A stretch of DNA of 64,000 nucleotides from Solirubrobacterales bacterium (GTDB lineage: Bacteria > Actinomycetota > Thermoleophilia > Solirubrobacterales > JACPNS01), in contig JASGFX010000008.1 of NCBI GenBank assembly GCA_047605325.1, positions 6,100-70,099 on the forward strand, in the 5' to 3' direction. The notes under the pieces are model-generated. The model saw only the letters and a list, made by a program, of their open reading frames with translations, searched no databases and was not told the DNA's origin. Made by a program: the position numbers and the translations under genes. Below, one piece after another: positions 19,130-26,907 of the stretch. Each line of letters begins with the position of its first letter. Position 1 is the first letter of the stretch.

Positions 19130-19321
19130 ATGGAAGGCACCGCGACTGAAGCCGCGACGCAGAAGTTCATGTGCGTCACCTGCGGCTGGATCTATGACCC
19201 GGAGATCGGCGACCCCGACGGAGGCATCCCGCCGGGAACCCCGTTCAGCGAGATTCCCGCCGACTGGTTCTGTCCGGTCTGCGGCGCGCGGCCCAAGGAT
19301 TTCGAGCCCTACGAGGGCTAA
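19130..19321 (+). CDS. Rubredoxin
   Basis: 63 aa with two CxxCG knuckles (CVTCGWIYDP...WFCPVCGARPKDFE). Confidence 0.9.
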   Translation: MEGTATEAATQKFMCVTCGWIYDPEIGDPDGGIPPGTPFSEIPADWFCPVCGARPKDFEPYEG

Positions 19322-19357
19322 GACCCGATCGAGCAGTAGGCACAGTCAGGGGAGACG

Positions 19358-20374
19358 ATGCAGCCGCCGGAGACTCTTGTTCGCGAAGACGACCACTCGT
19401 TGACCGGTGACGCCAGTTCGATGCGCGAGGCGCCCCGCGATTCCGGGCCTGCGCTTGAGCTCGAACACACGAGCCGCGCGCACATGATCGGCACCCTTCT
19501 CGTGGTCGTGCTGCCGTTCCTGGCTTTTCTGCTGGCGATCGTGCTGCTGTGGGAGACCGCGGCCGTCGGCCCGATCGACATCGGACTGTTGATCGCCATG
19601 CACGTCGTCGCCGGCCTCGGGATCACGGTCGGCTTTCACCGTATGCTCACGCACCGCAGCTTCGAGGCCAAGCCATGGGTGCGCGGAATGTTCACCGCCT
19701 TTGGGTCTCTCGCGATCGAGGGGCGCCCGGTGCACTGGGTCGCCGATCATCGTCGCCATCACGCCTTCGCCGATGAGGACGGCGATCCGCACAGTCCGCA
19801 TGTCGACGATCACGGTGAGGACTACGAGGGCTTCTGGGGTGCGGTACGCGGTGCGTTCCATGCGCACATGGGCTGGTTCTTCTCCGAAGGGCAGACACCG
19901 GCCGCGCGCTTTGCGCCCGATCTTCTGAAGGATCGCGTCGTGATGGCGATCGACCGCCAGTTCGGCTGGTTCGTCGTGCTTGCGCTGGTGATCCCAGGCG
20001 CGCTCGGCTTCCTGCTGACCGGCGGTTCATGGTGGGGCGCGCTGACCGGGATGTTCTGGGGCGGCGCAGTGCGCATCTTCATCACCCACCACGTGACCTG
20101 GTCGGTCAACTCGATCTGCCACATGTTCGGCCGCCGCCCGTTCGAGAGCGGCGATCTTTCCACGAACAACTGGGTGCTCGCGATCCCCACGCTGGGCGAG
20201 GCCTGGCACCACAACCACCACGCCTTTCCGACCTCGGCCTTCCACGGCTTGAAGCGCTGGCAGAAGGCGATGGATCCCTCGGGCTGGGTCGTGTGGACGC
20301 TCGAGAAGACCGGGCTGGCCTGGAACGTGAAGCGGGTTTCCGAGGATCAGATGGCGGCGAAGGTTCGGGCTTAG
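19358..20374 (+). CDS. Membrane fatty acid (acyl-CoA/acyl-lipid delta-9 type) desaturase
   Basis: Three His boxes: HRMLTHRSF, HRRHHAFAD and HHNHHAFP. Confidence 0.85.
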   Translation: MQPPETLVREDDHSLTGDASSMREAPRDSGPALELEHTSRAHMIGTLLVVVLPFLAFLLAIVLLWETAAVGPIDIGLLIAMHVVAGLGITVGFHRMLTHRSFEAKPWVRGMFTAFGSLAIEGRPVHWVADHRRHHAFADEDGDPHSPHVDDHGEDYEGFWGAVRGAFHAHMGWFFSEGQTPAARFAPDLLKDRVVMAIDRQFGWFVVLALVIPGALGFLLTGGSWWGALTGMFWGGAVRIFITHHVTWSVNSICHMFGRRPFESGDLSTNNWVLAIPTLGEAWHHNHHAFPTSAFHGLKRWQKAMDPSGWVVWTLEKTGLAWNVKRVSEDQMAAKVRA

Positions 20375-20474
20375 TCGGGTGGGCTGACTGCCGTCGTGGG
20401 CGGTTGGCTTCGGGCTTCTGCTGGTGGAGTGCGGGCGGCTTCGCCGCCGGCGATGACGGACGAGGCCGCGCCGC

Positions 20475-20560
20475 GCGGTTGGCGTAGGCAAGCGGGAAAT
20501 CTTCCAAGGTCTCTCCCGTCGGGAGAGACCTTGGAGCAAAAGGCCCTTACCCAAGCGGGA
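20475..20560. repeat. Palindromic repeat element, copy A (degenerate), also a likely terminator of the desaturase gene
   Basis: 15-bp perfect stem TCCAAGGTCTCTCCC-gtc-GGGAGAGACCTTGGA (20503..20535). The left flank is homologous to copy B. 9-bp direct repeats CAAGCGGGA occur at 20489 and 20552. Confidence 0.8.
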
Positions 20561-20601
20561 CCCCTGGTCAAATCCAACCCTTGACAACGTCGTCCCCATA
20601 T

Positions 20602-20617
20602 GCGAACATACGTTCGT
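20602..20617. promoter_or_regulatory. LexA (SOS) box upstream of / overlapping the imuB start
   Basis: gCGAAC-ATAC-GTTCGt matches the actinobacterial consensus TCGAAC-N4-GTTCGA. A TTGACA -35-like hexamer lies at 20581..20586. Confidence 0.75.
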
Positions 20618-22094
20618 GTCTGTTGTCTGCGTCATGCTGCCCCGCTTCGAGCTTCTCGTTGCTGCCGCTCCGTCCGCCGCTGGGCGGGATGTGCGCGAGG
20701 CGCTGATGCGCGAGCCGATCGCGCTCGGGCCGCTGCCCGGCGGCCGGCCGGTGCTCGGGCAGGTCTCGGCGGCGGCCGAGGCGTTCGCCGTCACGCCGGG
20801 GCTGGCGGTCGGTGAGGCCTTCGCGCGCTGCCCCGAGCTGAAGCTCGTCACGCCGGATCCGGCGCGCGCGGGCAGCGCGTGGGAGTGGGTGCTGCAGGCG
20901 CTCGAGCGACTCGGCGCCGAGGTCGAGAGCGATCCCGAGAAGCCGGGCACGCTGTTCTTCGAGTCGGCCGGGCTTGAGCCGTTGCACCGCGGCTTCGACG
21001 GGGTGATCGCCGCCGTGCGCGACGCGATCCGCCGACCGGTCAGGATCGGCGCCGGCCCGACCCGCTTCATCGCCCAGGCCGCCGCGCGCACTGCGCGTCC
21101 GCGCAAGCCGCGCGTGATCCGCACCGATCTCGACCGCCGCGACTTCCTCGCCGGCGCGCCGGTCTCGTGGCTGGCCATGCACTCGCCGGCCTGCGCCGAG
21201 CTCGCCGCCACGCTCACCAAGCTCGGCATCGACACGCTCGGCGAGTACGCCGTGCTGCGCCGCGCGCAGATCTCCGAGCGCTTCGGGCGCACCGGCTTGA
21301 CGGCGCGCGATCTGATCCACGGCGTCGAGCCGCCGCTGCGTCCGCGCCGGCCGGCCGAGCGGTTGCGCGAGTCGATCGAGCTGATCGACGACGCCGAACC
21401 ACAGGGCGCCGAGCGCGGCGCGCTGACCGCCGATCTCGAGCGCGCGCTGGAGCTGCTGATCGAGCGCCTGCTCGCCCGCCCCGAGCGCGCCGGGCGCACG
21501 CTCCGCGGATTCACGCTGGCGGCGCGCTTCACCGAGGGCGGATCATGGAGCACGCGCGGGATCATGCGCGTGCCGACGGCCGACCCCGCGCGGATCCGCA
21601 GCGTCGCGCTGCAGAAGCTCGCCGATCTGCCCGAGCCGGCCGCGTCGCTGGAGCTGACCGCCGATGGCTTCGGACCGCTCGACCACGAGACGGCGACGCT
21701 GTTCGGGGGCGACTCGCCCGAGGAGCGCCGCGCGCGCCTGAAGGCGGCCTCCGAGCAGGCGCGCCAGGCGGCCGGCTCGCCCGAGAAGGTCGCGCGGGTG
21801 ATGCGGCTCGACGAGGGCTCGCGCATCCCCGAGCGCCGCGCCGCGCTCTCGCCGGGGCCGGTGCCGCTGATGCAGCCGCGCCCGGCGATCGTCAGCACCG
21901 GCGAGGACGGCCGCCCCCTGCGCGTGAAGAACGCGCGCGTCGAGTCCGAGCGCGAGCGTTGGGTGGTGGAGGACGCCTGGTGGACGCCGCGCCCGGTGCG
22001 CCGGCGCTACTTCGAGCTGGTGCTCGAGGGCGGCGTCAGCACGGTCGTCTTCCAGGATCTGGCGAGTCGGCGCTGGTATCAGCAGGCGGCCTGA
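20616..22094 (+). CDS. imuB: ImuB, Y-family-polymerase-like subunit of the SOS mutasome
   Basis: The N-terminus MSVVCVMLPRFELLVAAA resembles ImuB N-termini as I recall them. Length is 492 aa, a LexA box lies upstream and dnaE2 is nearby. The alternative start ATG 20634 cannot be excluded. Confidence 0.8.
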   Translation: MSVVCVMLPRFELLVAAAPSAAGRDVREALMREPIALGPLPGGRPVLGQVSAAAEAFAVTPGLAVGEAFARCPELKLVTPDPARAGSAWEWVLQALERLGAEVESDPEKPGTLFFESAGLEPLHRGFDGVIAAVRDAIRRPVRIGAGPTRFIAQAAARTARPRKPRVIRTDLDRRDFLAGAPVSWLAMHSPACAELAATLTKLGIDTLGEYAVLRRAQISERFGRTGLTARDLIHGVEPPLRPRRPAERLRESIELIDDAEPQGAERGALTADLERALELLIERLLARPERAGRTLRGFTLAARFTEGGSWSTRGIMRVPTADPARIRSVALQKLADLPEPAASLELTADGFGPLDHETATLFGGDSPEERRARLKAASEQARQAAGSPEKVARVMRLDEGSRIPERRAALSPGPVPLMQPRPAIVSTGEDGRPLRVKNARVESERERWVVEDAWWTPRPVRRRYFELVLEGGVSTVVFQDLASRRWYQQAA

Positions 22095-22104
22095 TGGATC
22101 CCTC

Positions 22105-22176
22105 GTAGACAAGGGCCAGATCTTCCAACGGGCGTCCCCGCGGGGTCGCCCGTTGGAAGATCTGGCCCTTGTCTAC
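22105..22176. repeat. Palindromic repeat element, copy B: near-perfect 72-bp palindrome in the convergent gap imuB / CDF
   Basis: GTAGACAAGGGCCAGATCTTCCAACGGGCG-tCCCCGCGGGGt-CGCCCGTTGGAAGATCTGGCCCTTGTCTAC. The 30-bp arms are perfect and the centre is itself palindromic. Confidence 0.9.
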
Positions 22177-22211
22177 GCCAACCGCCCGCGGACCTTCGAT
22201 GCCCATCGCCG

Positions 22212-23150
22212 TCAGGGCGCGGCGGTCTCGTCGCGGTCGAGCTCGGTGTCGGCGAAAGAGAGCGGGTCCTCGAGCGGCTCGAGATGGGTGAAGACCGTGC
22301 AGGTCTCGAACAGCTCGCGCAGGTCGGCCTCGATGTTCTCGGCGGTGTCGTGGCCCTGCTGGACCGACCAGTCGCCGGGAACCAGCACGTGCAGGGAGAC
22401 GAACGCGCGGTGCGCCGCGCGACGGGTGCGCAGCGCGTGGAACGACAGGCCGAGTTCGCGGTATCCGTCGAGCACGGCCTCGACGCGTTCGATCTCTTCG
22501 GGCTCGAGTGCGTGGTCGAGCAGGCCCGAGAGCGCGCCGCGCACGAGCAGCGCGCCGGTCACGACGATGTTCACGGCGACGATCAGGGCGATCACCGGGT
22601 CGAGCCGGTCGATGCCGGTGATCGCGACGAGCGCGACGCCGAGGATCACGCCGACCGAGGTGACGACGTCTGTCATCAGGTGGCGGCCGTCGGCCGTCAA
22701 GGTCATCGACTGCTCTTCACGCCCGGCGCGGATCAGCAGACGCGCGACGAGCAGGTTGATCACGGTCGCGACACCCGTCACGGCGAGACCGAGGCCGACC
22801 GACTCCAGTGGGATCGGATTGATCAGTCGCTCGATCGCGGGTACCGCGATCACCAGCGCGGCGACGATGATCATCGCGCCTTCGGCGCCGGCCGAGAGGT
22901 AGTCGGCCTTGTCGTGTCCGTAGGCGTGGTCCTCGTCGGCGGGCTGGCCGGCCCAGCGGATCACGACCAGCGCCATCACGGCGGCGGCGAGATTGACCAG
23001 CGACTCGGCAGCGTCTGCGAGCAGTCCGATCGAGCCGGTGATCAGCCAAGCCGCGGTCTTCAGGGCAATCGTCAGAACCGCGGCGGCGATCGCCAGATAG
23101 ATCAGTCGCAGCAGGCGGTGCTGGCGGGCTGTCGGTTCCCCGGTCGGCAT
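22212..23150 (-). CDS. Cation diffusion facilitator (CzcD/FieF-like) divalent metal efflux transporter
   Basis: TM signature ALKTAAWLITGSIGLLADAAESLVNL, HAYGHDKADY, and a C-terminal cytoplasmic domain (FHALRTRRAAHRAFVSLHVLVPG). I chose the ATG at 23150 (MPTGEP). The longer ORF-track version would run over the dnaE2 LexA box. Confidence 0.85.
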   Translation of the reverse strand: MPTGEPTARQHRLLRLIYLAIAAAVLTIALKTAAWLITGSIGLLADAAESLVNLAAAVMALVVIRWAGQPADEDHAYGHDKADYLSAGAEGAMIIVAALVIAVPAIERLINPIPLESVGLGLAVTGVATVINLLVARLLIRAGREEQSMTLTADGRHLMTDVVTSVGVILGVALVAITGIDRLDPVIALIVAVNIVVTGALLVRGALSGLLDHALEPEEIERVEAVLDGYRELGLSFHALRTRRAAHRAFVSLHVLVPGDWSVQQGHDTAENIEADLRELFETCTVFTHLEPLEDPLSFADTELDRDETAAP

Positions 23151-23235
23151 GGGCGTAAAGACTACGGATGTATCGCGTGTTCGGCTAGCCATACGGCGAG
23201 GGGCGCCATACCGCGTCGATCCTCCTGCGGTAGAA

Positions 23236-23251
23236 TCGAACATATGTTCGT
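23236..23251. promoter_or_regulatory. LexA (SOS) box with adjoining -10 element upstream of dnaE2
   Basis: TCGAAC-ATAT-GTTCGt is immediately preceded by TAGAAT (23231..23236), 49 nt upstream of the dnaE2 ATG. Confidence 0.8.
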
Positions 23252-23299
23252 GTTCAAGCACGGTATCTGCACCAGCAGCGGTAGGGAAGCCGCCTGCAA

Positions 23300-26200
23300 A
23301 TGGCCGAATACGTAGAGCTCCACGCCCACAGCGCGTATTCGTTTCACGATGGTGTGAGTCAACCGCATGAGCTTGCGGCGGCTGCGGCCGAGCGCGGGTA
23401 TGCCGCCTTTGCGCTGACCGATCACGACGCGGTGCACGGCAGCATGGAGTTCGCCCACGCGGCTGCGCCGCTGGGGGTCAAGGCGATCCACGGCACCGAA
23501 CTGACGCTCGACCGGGGCCATCACGTCACGTTGATCGCCGAAAACCAGCGCGGCTGGTCGACGCTCTGCCGGCTGCTGACCGCGGCCCACGCGAGCACTC
23601 GGAGCGCAGACGCGCAGCGCTCGCCGCAGCAGCCGTGCGTCTCGCTCGACCAGTTGCTCGCGCACGCCGAGGAGGGCGCTGGGGGCCTGATCTGCCTCTC
23701 TGGCTGCGCGGCGCGCGGAGTCCTCGCGGCGCGAATCGCGCGCGGCGAGGTCGGCGCGGCCGAAGGGATCGCACGCCGGCTGCTCGGTGCGTTCGGCCGT
23801 TCGCACTTCCGGGTCGAACTCCAGCGACCGTTCCAGCGCCATGACCGTCAGCTGAACCAGGCGCTGGAGAGGATCGCCGAAAATCTGAAAGTTCCCACTG
23901 TCGCCACCGGCAATGTCCACGCCCACGCGCGGGAGCGTGCCGCGCTGCAGGATGTCTTCGTCGCCGTCAAACACAACGCTTCGCTCGACGAAACCGAGCC
24001 GCTGCGCCGCGGAAACAGCTCACATGTGCTGGTCGCTCCGCGCGAGATGACGCGGCGTTTTGCCGAGCACCCGCGTGCGGTCGCCGAGACGGCCGAGATC
24101 GCCCGGAGAATCGACTTCGACCTGACCGCAGACCTCGGCTATCGCTACCCCGGAGCCGAGGATCCCGAGCAGGGGAAGCGACTGCGCGCCGTCTGCGAGC
24201 AGCGGCTGATCGAACGCTACGGCGATTCCGGGGATCGCGAGGGGAGCAGCGTCGGTCGCCGACGGGTCGGCATCAAGGAAGCACGTGCGCGACTCGAACA
24301 AGAGCTTCGCGTCATCGAGAAGCTGCGCCTGCCCGGTTTCTTCCTGATCCATCACGACCTGCTCGAGATGGCGCGCGAGGTTGCGTGTGAGGTGCGCGGC
24401 AGCAGCGACGCCCGCGGGGTGTTACCGCCAGGGCGGGGGCGCGGCTCATCGGTCTCGTCGATCGTCTGTTACCTGACCGGCCTCTCGCACGTCGATCCGC
24501 TGGAGGCCAACCTCTGCATCGGCCGCTTTCTGCACGAGGAGATCACTTCGCTCCCCGACATCGATCTCGACTTCCCGCGCGACATCCGCCAGGAATTGAT
24601 CCCGCGTGTCCACGAGCGCTACGGGCATGAACGCTCGGCGTTGGTTGCGGCCTTCCCGACCTATCGCACGCGCGGTGCGCTGCGTGCGCTGGCCAAGGCG
24701 CTGGCGCTTCCCACTCCGGAGATAGAGCGCATCCTGCGCACCGCCGACCGCAGCTACGGCGAAGGACTGACAGAGCGCGTCGAGGCGGCGATCCGCGAGT
24801 CGCCGGCCGGTTCGCGGATGCTCGCCTCATCGCGCTGGCAGGCGCTGCTCAGGCTGCTGCCACAGATCCACCGCCTGCCGCGCGGACTCTCGCAGCACTC
24901 GGGCGGAATGGTGATCAGCACCGATCCGCTGATCGACGTCTGTCCGGTGGCGCCGGCCGCGATGCCGCGCAGGCAGATCGTGCAGTGGGACAAGGATTCG
25001 TGTTCGGACGCCGGCTTCGCGAAGATCGACCTGCTCGGCCTGGGGATGCTCAGCGCGGTTGAGCGCATCGTGGACCTGATCGACGGCGCGCGCGATGAGC
25101 GCGTCGATCTCTCGCGCATCCCGCTCGACGACCCCGAGACCTTCCGTCAGATCCGTGGCGCCGAGACGACCGGTGTATTCCAGATCGAGAGTCGCGCGCA
25201 GATGCAGATGCTCGTGCGCTCGCGGCCGGAGACGCTGGGTGACATCTTCATCCAGGTCGCGATCGTGCGCCCGGGACCGATCACCGGCGGCGCAGTGCAT
25301 CCCTATCTCGAGCGGCGCAAGTTGCTGCGCGCCGATCCGAGCTACAAGGTGCCGATGCCGCACCCGTTGCTCGAGGACGTGCTCGGTGAGACGCTCGGCG
25401 CGATTGTCTTCCAGGACCAGGTGATCGAGGTCGCACGGGCACTGGCCGACTTCTCGCCGTCGGAGGGCGAGGGGTTGCGGCGAGCGATGAGCCGCAAGCG
25501 CAGCAAGGAGGCGCTGGTCGCGTATCACCGGCGGTTCGTCGACGGTGCGGCGCAGAACGGAGTCAGTGAAGGGATCGCCGAGGAAGTGTTTGCGCAGGTC
25601 GTCGGATTTTCGGGATTCGGATTCCCGAAGGCTCATGCCGCGGCGTTCGGGCTGCTCGCCTACCAGACCTCGTGGCTGCGCGCCCATTACCCGGCCGAGT
25701 TTCTCTGCGGCCTCATGAACGAGCAGCCGATGGGTTTTTACCTGCCCGACGCTCTGGCCCACGAGGCTCAGCGCCGCGGCCTGACCGTACTGCCGCCGGA
25801 TGTCAACGCGAGTGGGGTGGAGTGTTCGGTCGAGTGGATCGAGTCTGATCGGGGTGAATCAAGCGTGTCGCCACAGGCAAGCCAAAAAGTGCCCCAACCT
25901 ACGTCTTTGGAAGGAGCTCAAAGACGTAAGTTGGGGCAGAGAACTGCTTTGGAATCGCGAAGCTCGATGGAGCTGGCTGTGCGCATCGGGCTGGGCTATG
26001 TGAAAGGCGCCAAGGAGACAGGGCTGAGATCTCTGGTCGCTGCTCGTGCCGAGGGTGGCCTGTTCAAAACCGTCGAGGATCTCGCCAGCCGTTCCGGCGC
26101 CGACGGTTCCACCCTCGAGAAGCTCGCCTGGGCCGGGGCCTGTGACGACGTCGGCACAGACGGAGCGGCGCGCACCAGGAGGGAGGCGCTGTGGCTGCTC

Positions 26201-26875
26201 GGTGCCGCGCCGGCCGGAGAGACGAAGGCCGATGAATCGGCCCAGCTCGCCCTGCCGATCGCACCGTTGCCGGCGCCGCGTCTGAACAAGCTCGGCGATT
26301 GGGAAGAGATGGTGGCCGACTACGGCGCGACCGGCCTCACGGTCGGCACGCATCCCCTCGAGCTTCTGCGCGAGGGGCTCGACGGACAGAACGTCCTCCA
26401 GACCACGGCGATCGACCGCGCGCCCGAGGGAACATTTGTGAAGGTCTCGGGTCTGGTCGTCGCGCGCCAACGTCCTGGCACGGCCAAGGGGGTGGTGTTC
26501 GTCCTGCTCGAAGATGAGGTCGGTGTCGTCAACCTGATCCTGCCGCCGCCGATCTACGTCAAGCACCGCGTCGTGGTGCGCAGCGAGCCGCTGCTGACGG
26601 CGAGCGGCAAGGTCGAGCGCCGCACCGGCGCGACCAACGTGATCGTCACCCACATCAGCCCGTTGCTGGGCAAGGACGTCGAAGATGCCGTGCGTCAGAT
26701 CCGCCGCCCGGCCACCAGCGAGCAGGACGTACGCGGCAAGATGGGTATCGACACCGACACCGCACTGGCCGCGATGAACGGTGATTTCGATGCGGCGCGC
26801 AAGGTTATGGGCGAAGCTGCCGACATAAGGGCTGTCGCTCCGGTCGGAATCAACTTCGGCCGCAAGGGGCGCTGA
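23300..26875 (+). CDS. dnaE2: Error-prone DNA polymerase III alpha-like subunit DnaE2 (ImuC)
   Basis: 1191 aa with an N-terminal PHP domain (YVELHAHSAYSFHDGVS), a polymerase core (GVFQIESRAQM, VAIVRPGP, FPKAHAAAFGLLAYQTSWL) and a C-terminal OB fold. LexA box upstream. Confidence 0.9.
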   Translation: MAEYVELHAHSAYSFHDGVSQPHELAAAAAERGYAAFALTDHDAVHGSMEFAHAAAPLGVKAIHGTELTLDRGHHVTLIAENQRGWSTLCRLLTAAHASTRSADAQRSPQQPCVSLDQLLAHAEEGAGGLICLSGCAARGVLAARIARGEVGAAEGIARRLLGAFGRSHFRVELQRPFQRHDRQLNQALERIAENLKVPTVATGNVHAHARERAALQDVFVAVKHNASLDETEPLRRGNSSHVLVAPREMTRRFAEHPRAVAETAEIARRIDFDLTADLGYRYPGAEDPEQGKRLRAVCEQRLIERYGDSGDREGSSVGRRRVGIKEARARLEQELRVIEKLRLPGFFLIHHDLLEMAREVACEVRGSSDARGVLPPGRGRGSSVSSIVCYLTGLSHVDPLEANLCIGRFLHEEITSLPDIDLDFPRDIRQELIPRVHERYGHERSALVAAFPTYRTRGALRALAKALALPTPEIERILRTADRSYGEGLTERVEAAIRESPAGSRMLASSRWQALLRLLPQIHRLPRGLSQHSGGMVISTDPLIDVCPVAPAAMPRRQIVQWDKDSCSDAGFAKIDLLGLGMLSAVERIVDLIDGARDERVDLSRIPLDDPETFRQIRGAETTGVFQIESRAQMQMLVRSRPETLGDIFIQVAIVRPGPITGGAVHPYLERRKLLRADPSYKVPMPHPLLEDVLGETLGAIVFQDQVIEVARALADFSPSEGEGLRRAMSRKRSKEALVAYHRRFVDGAAQNGVSEGIAEEVFAQVVGFSGFGFPKAHAAAFGLLAYQTSWLRAHYPAEFLCGLMNEQPMGFYLPDALAHEAQRRGLTVLPPDVNASGVECSVEWIESDRGESSVSPQASQKVPQPTSLEGAQRRKLGQRTALESRSSMELAVRIGLGYVKGAKETGLRSLVAARAEGGLFKTVEDLASRSGADGSTLEKLAWAGACDDVGTDGAARTRREALWLLGAAPAGETKADESAQLALPIAPLPAPRLNKLGDWEEMVADYGATGLTVGTHPLELLREGLDGQNVLQTTAIDRAPEGTFVKVSGLVVARQRPGTAKGVVFVLLEDEVGVVNLILPPPIYVKHRVVVRSEPLLTASGKVERRTGATNVIVTHISPLLGKDVEDAVRQIRRPATSEQDVRGKMGIDTDTALAAMNGDFDAARKVMGEAADIRAVAPVGINFGRKGR
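25891..25937. repeat. Palindromic repeat element, copy E, embedded in-frame in dnaE2
   Basis: GCCCCAACCTACGTCTTTG-gaaggagct-CAAAGACGTAAGTTGGGGC (19-bp arms, 1 mismatch). The flank CAAGCCAAAAAGTGCCCC resembles copy D. Locally about 50% G+C. Confidence 0.8.
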
Positions 26876-26907
26876 CACGAAGCAGCTGCAGGTAGACACA
26901 CCACTCA

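Noticed and set aside
22153-22902. ORF 22153..22902 (+), starting MEDLALVYANRP, and its look-alike ORF 20106..20507 (-), starting MEDFPLAYANRA, as a possible duplicated small gene.
   Set aside because: The similarity is confined to the part that reads through the palindromic repeat element. Both ORFs otherwise run antisense through the CDF gene and the desaturase gene respectively.
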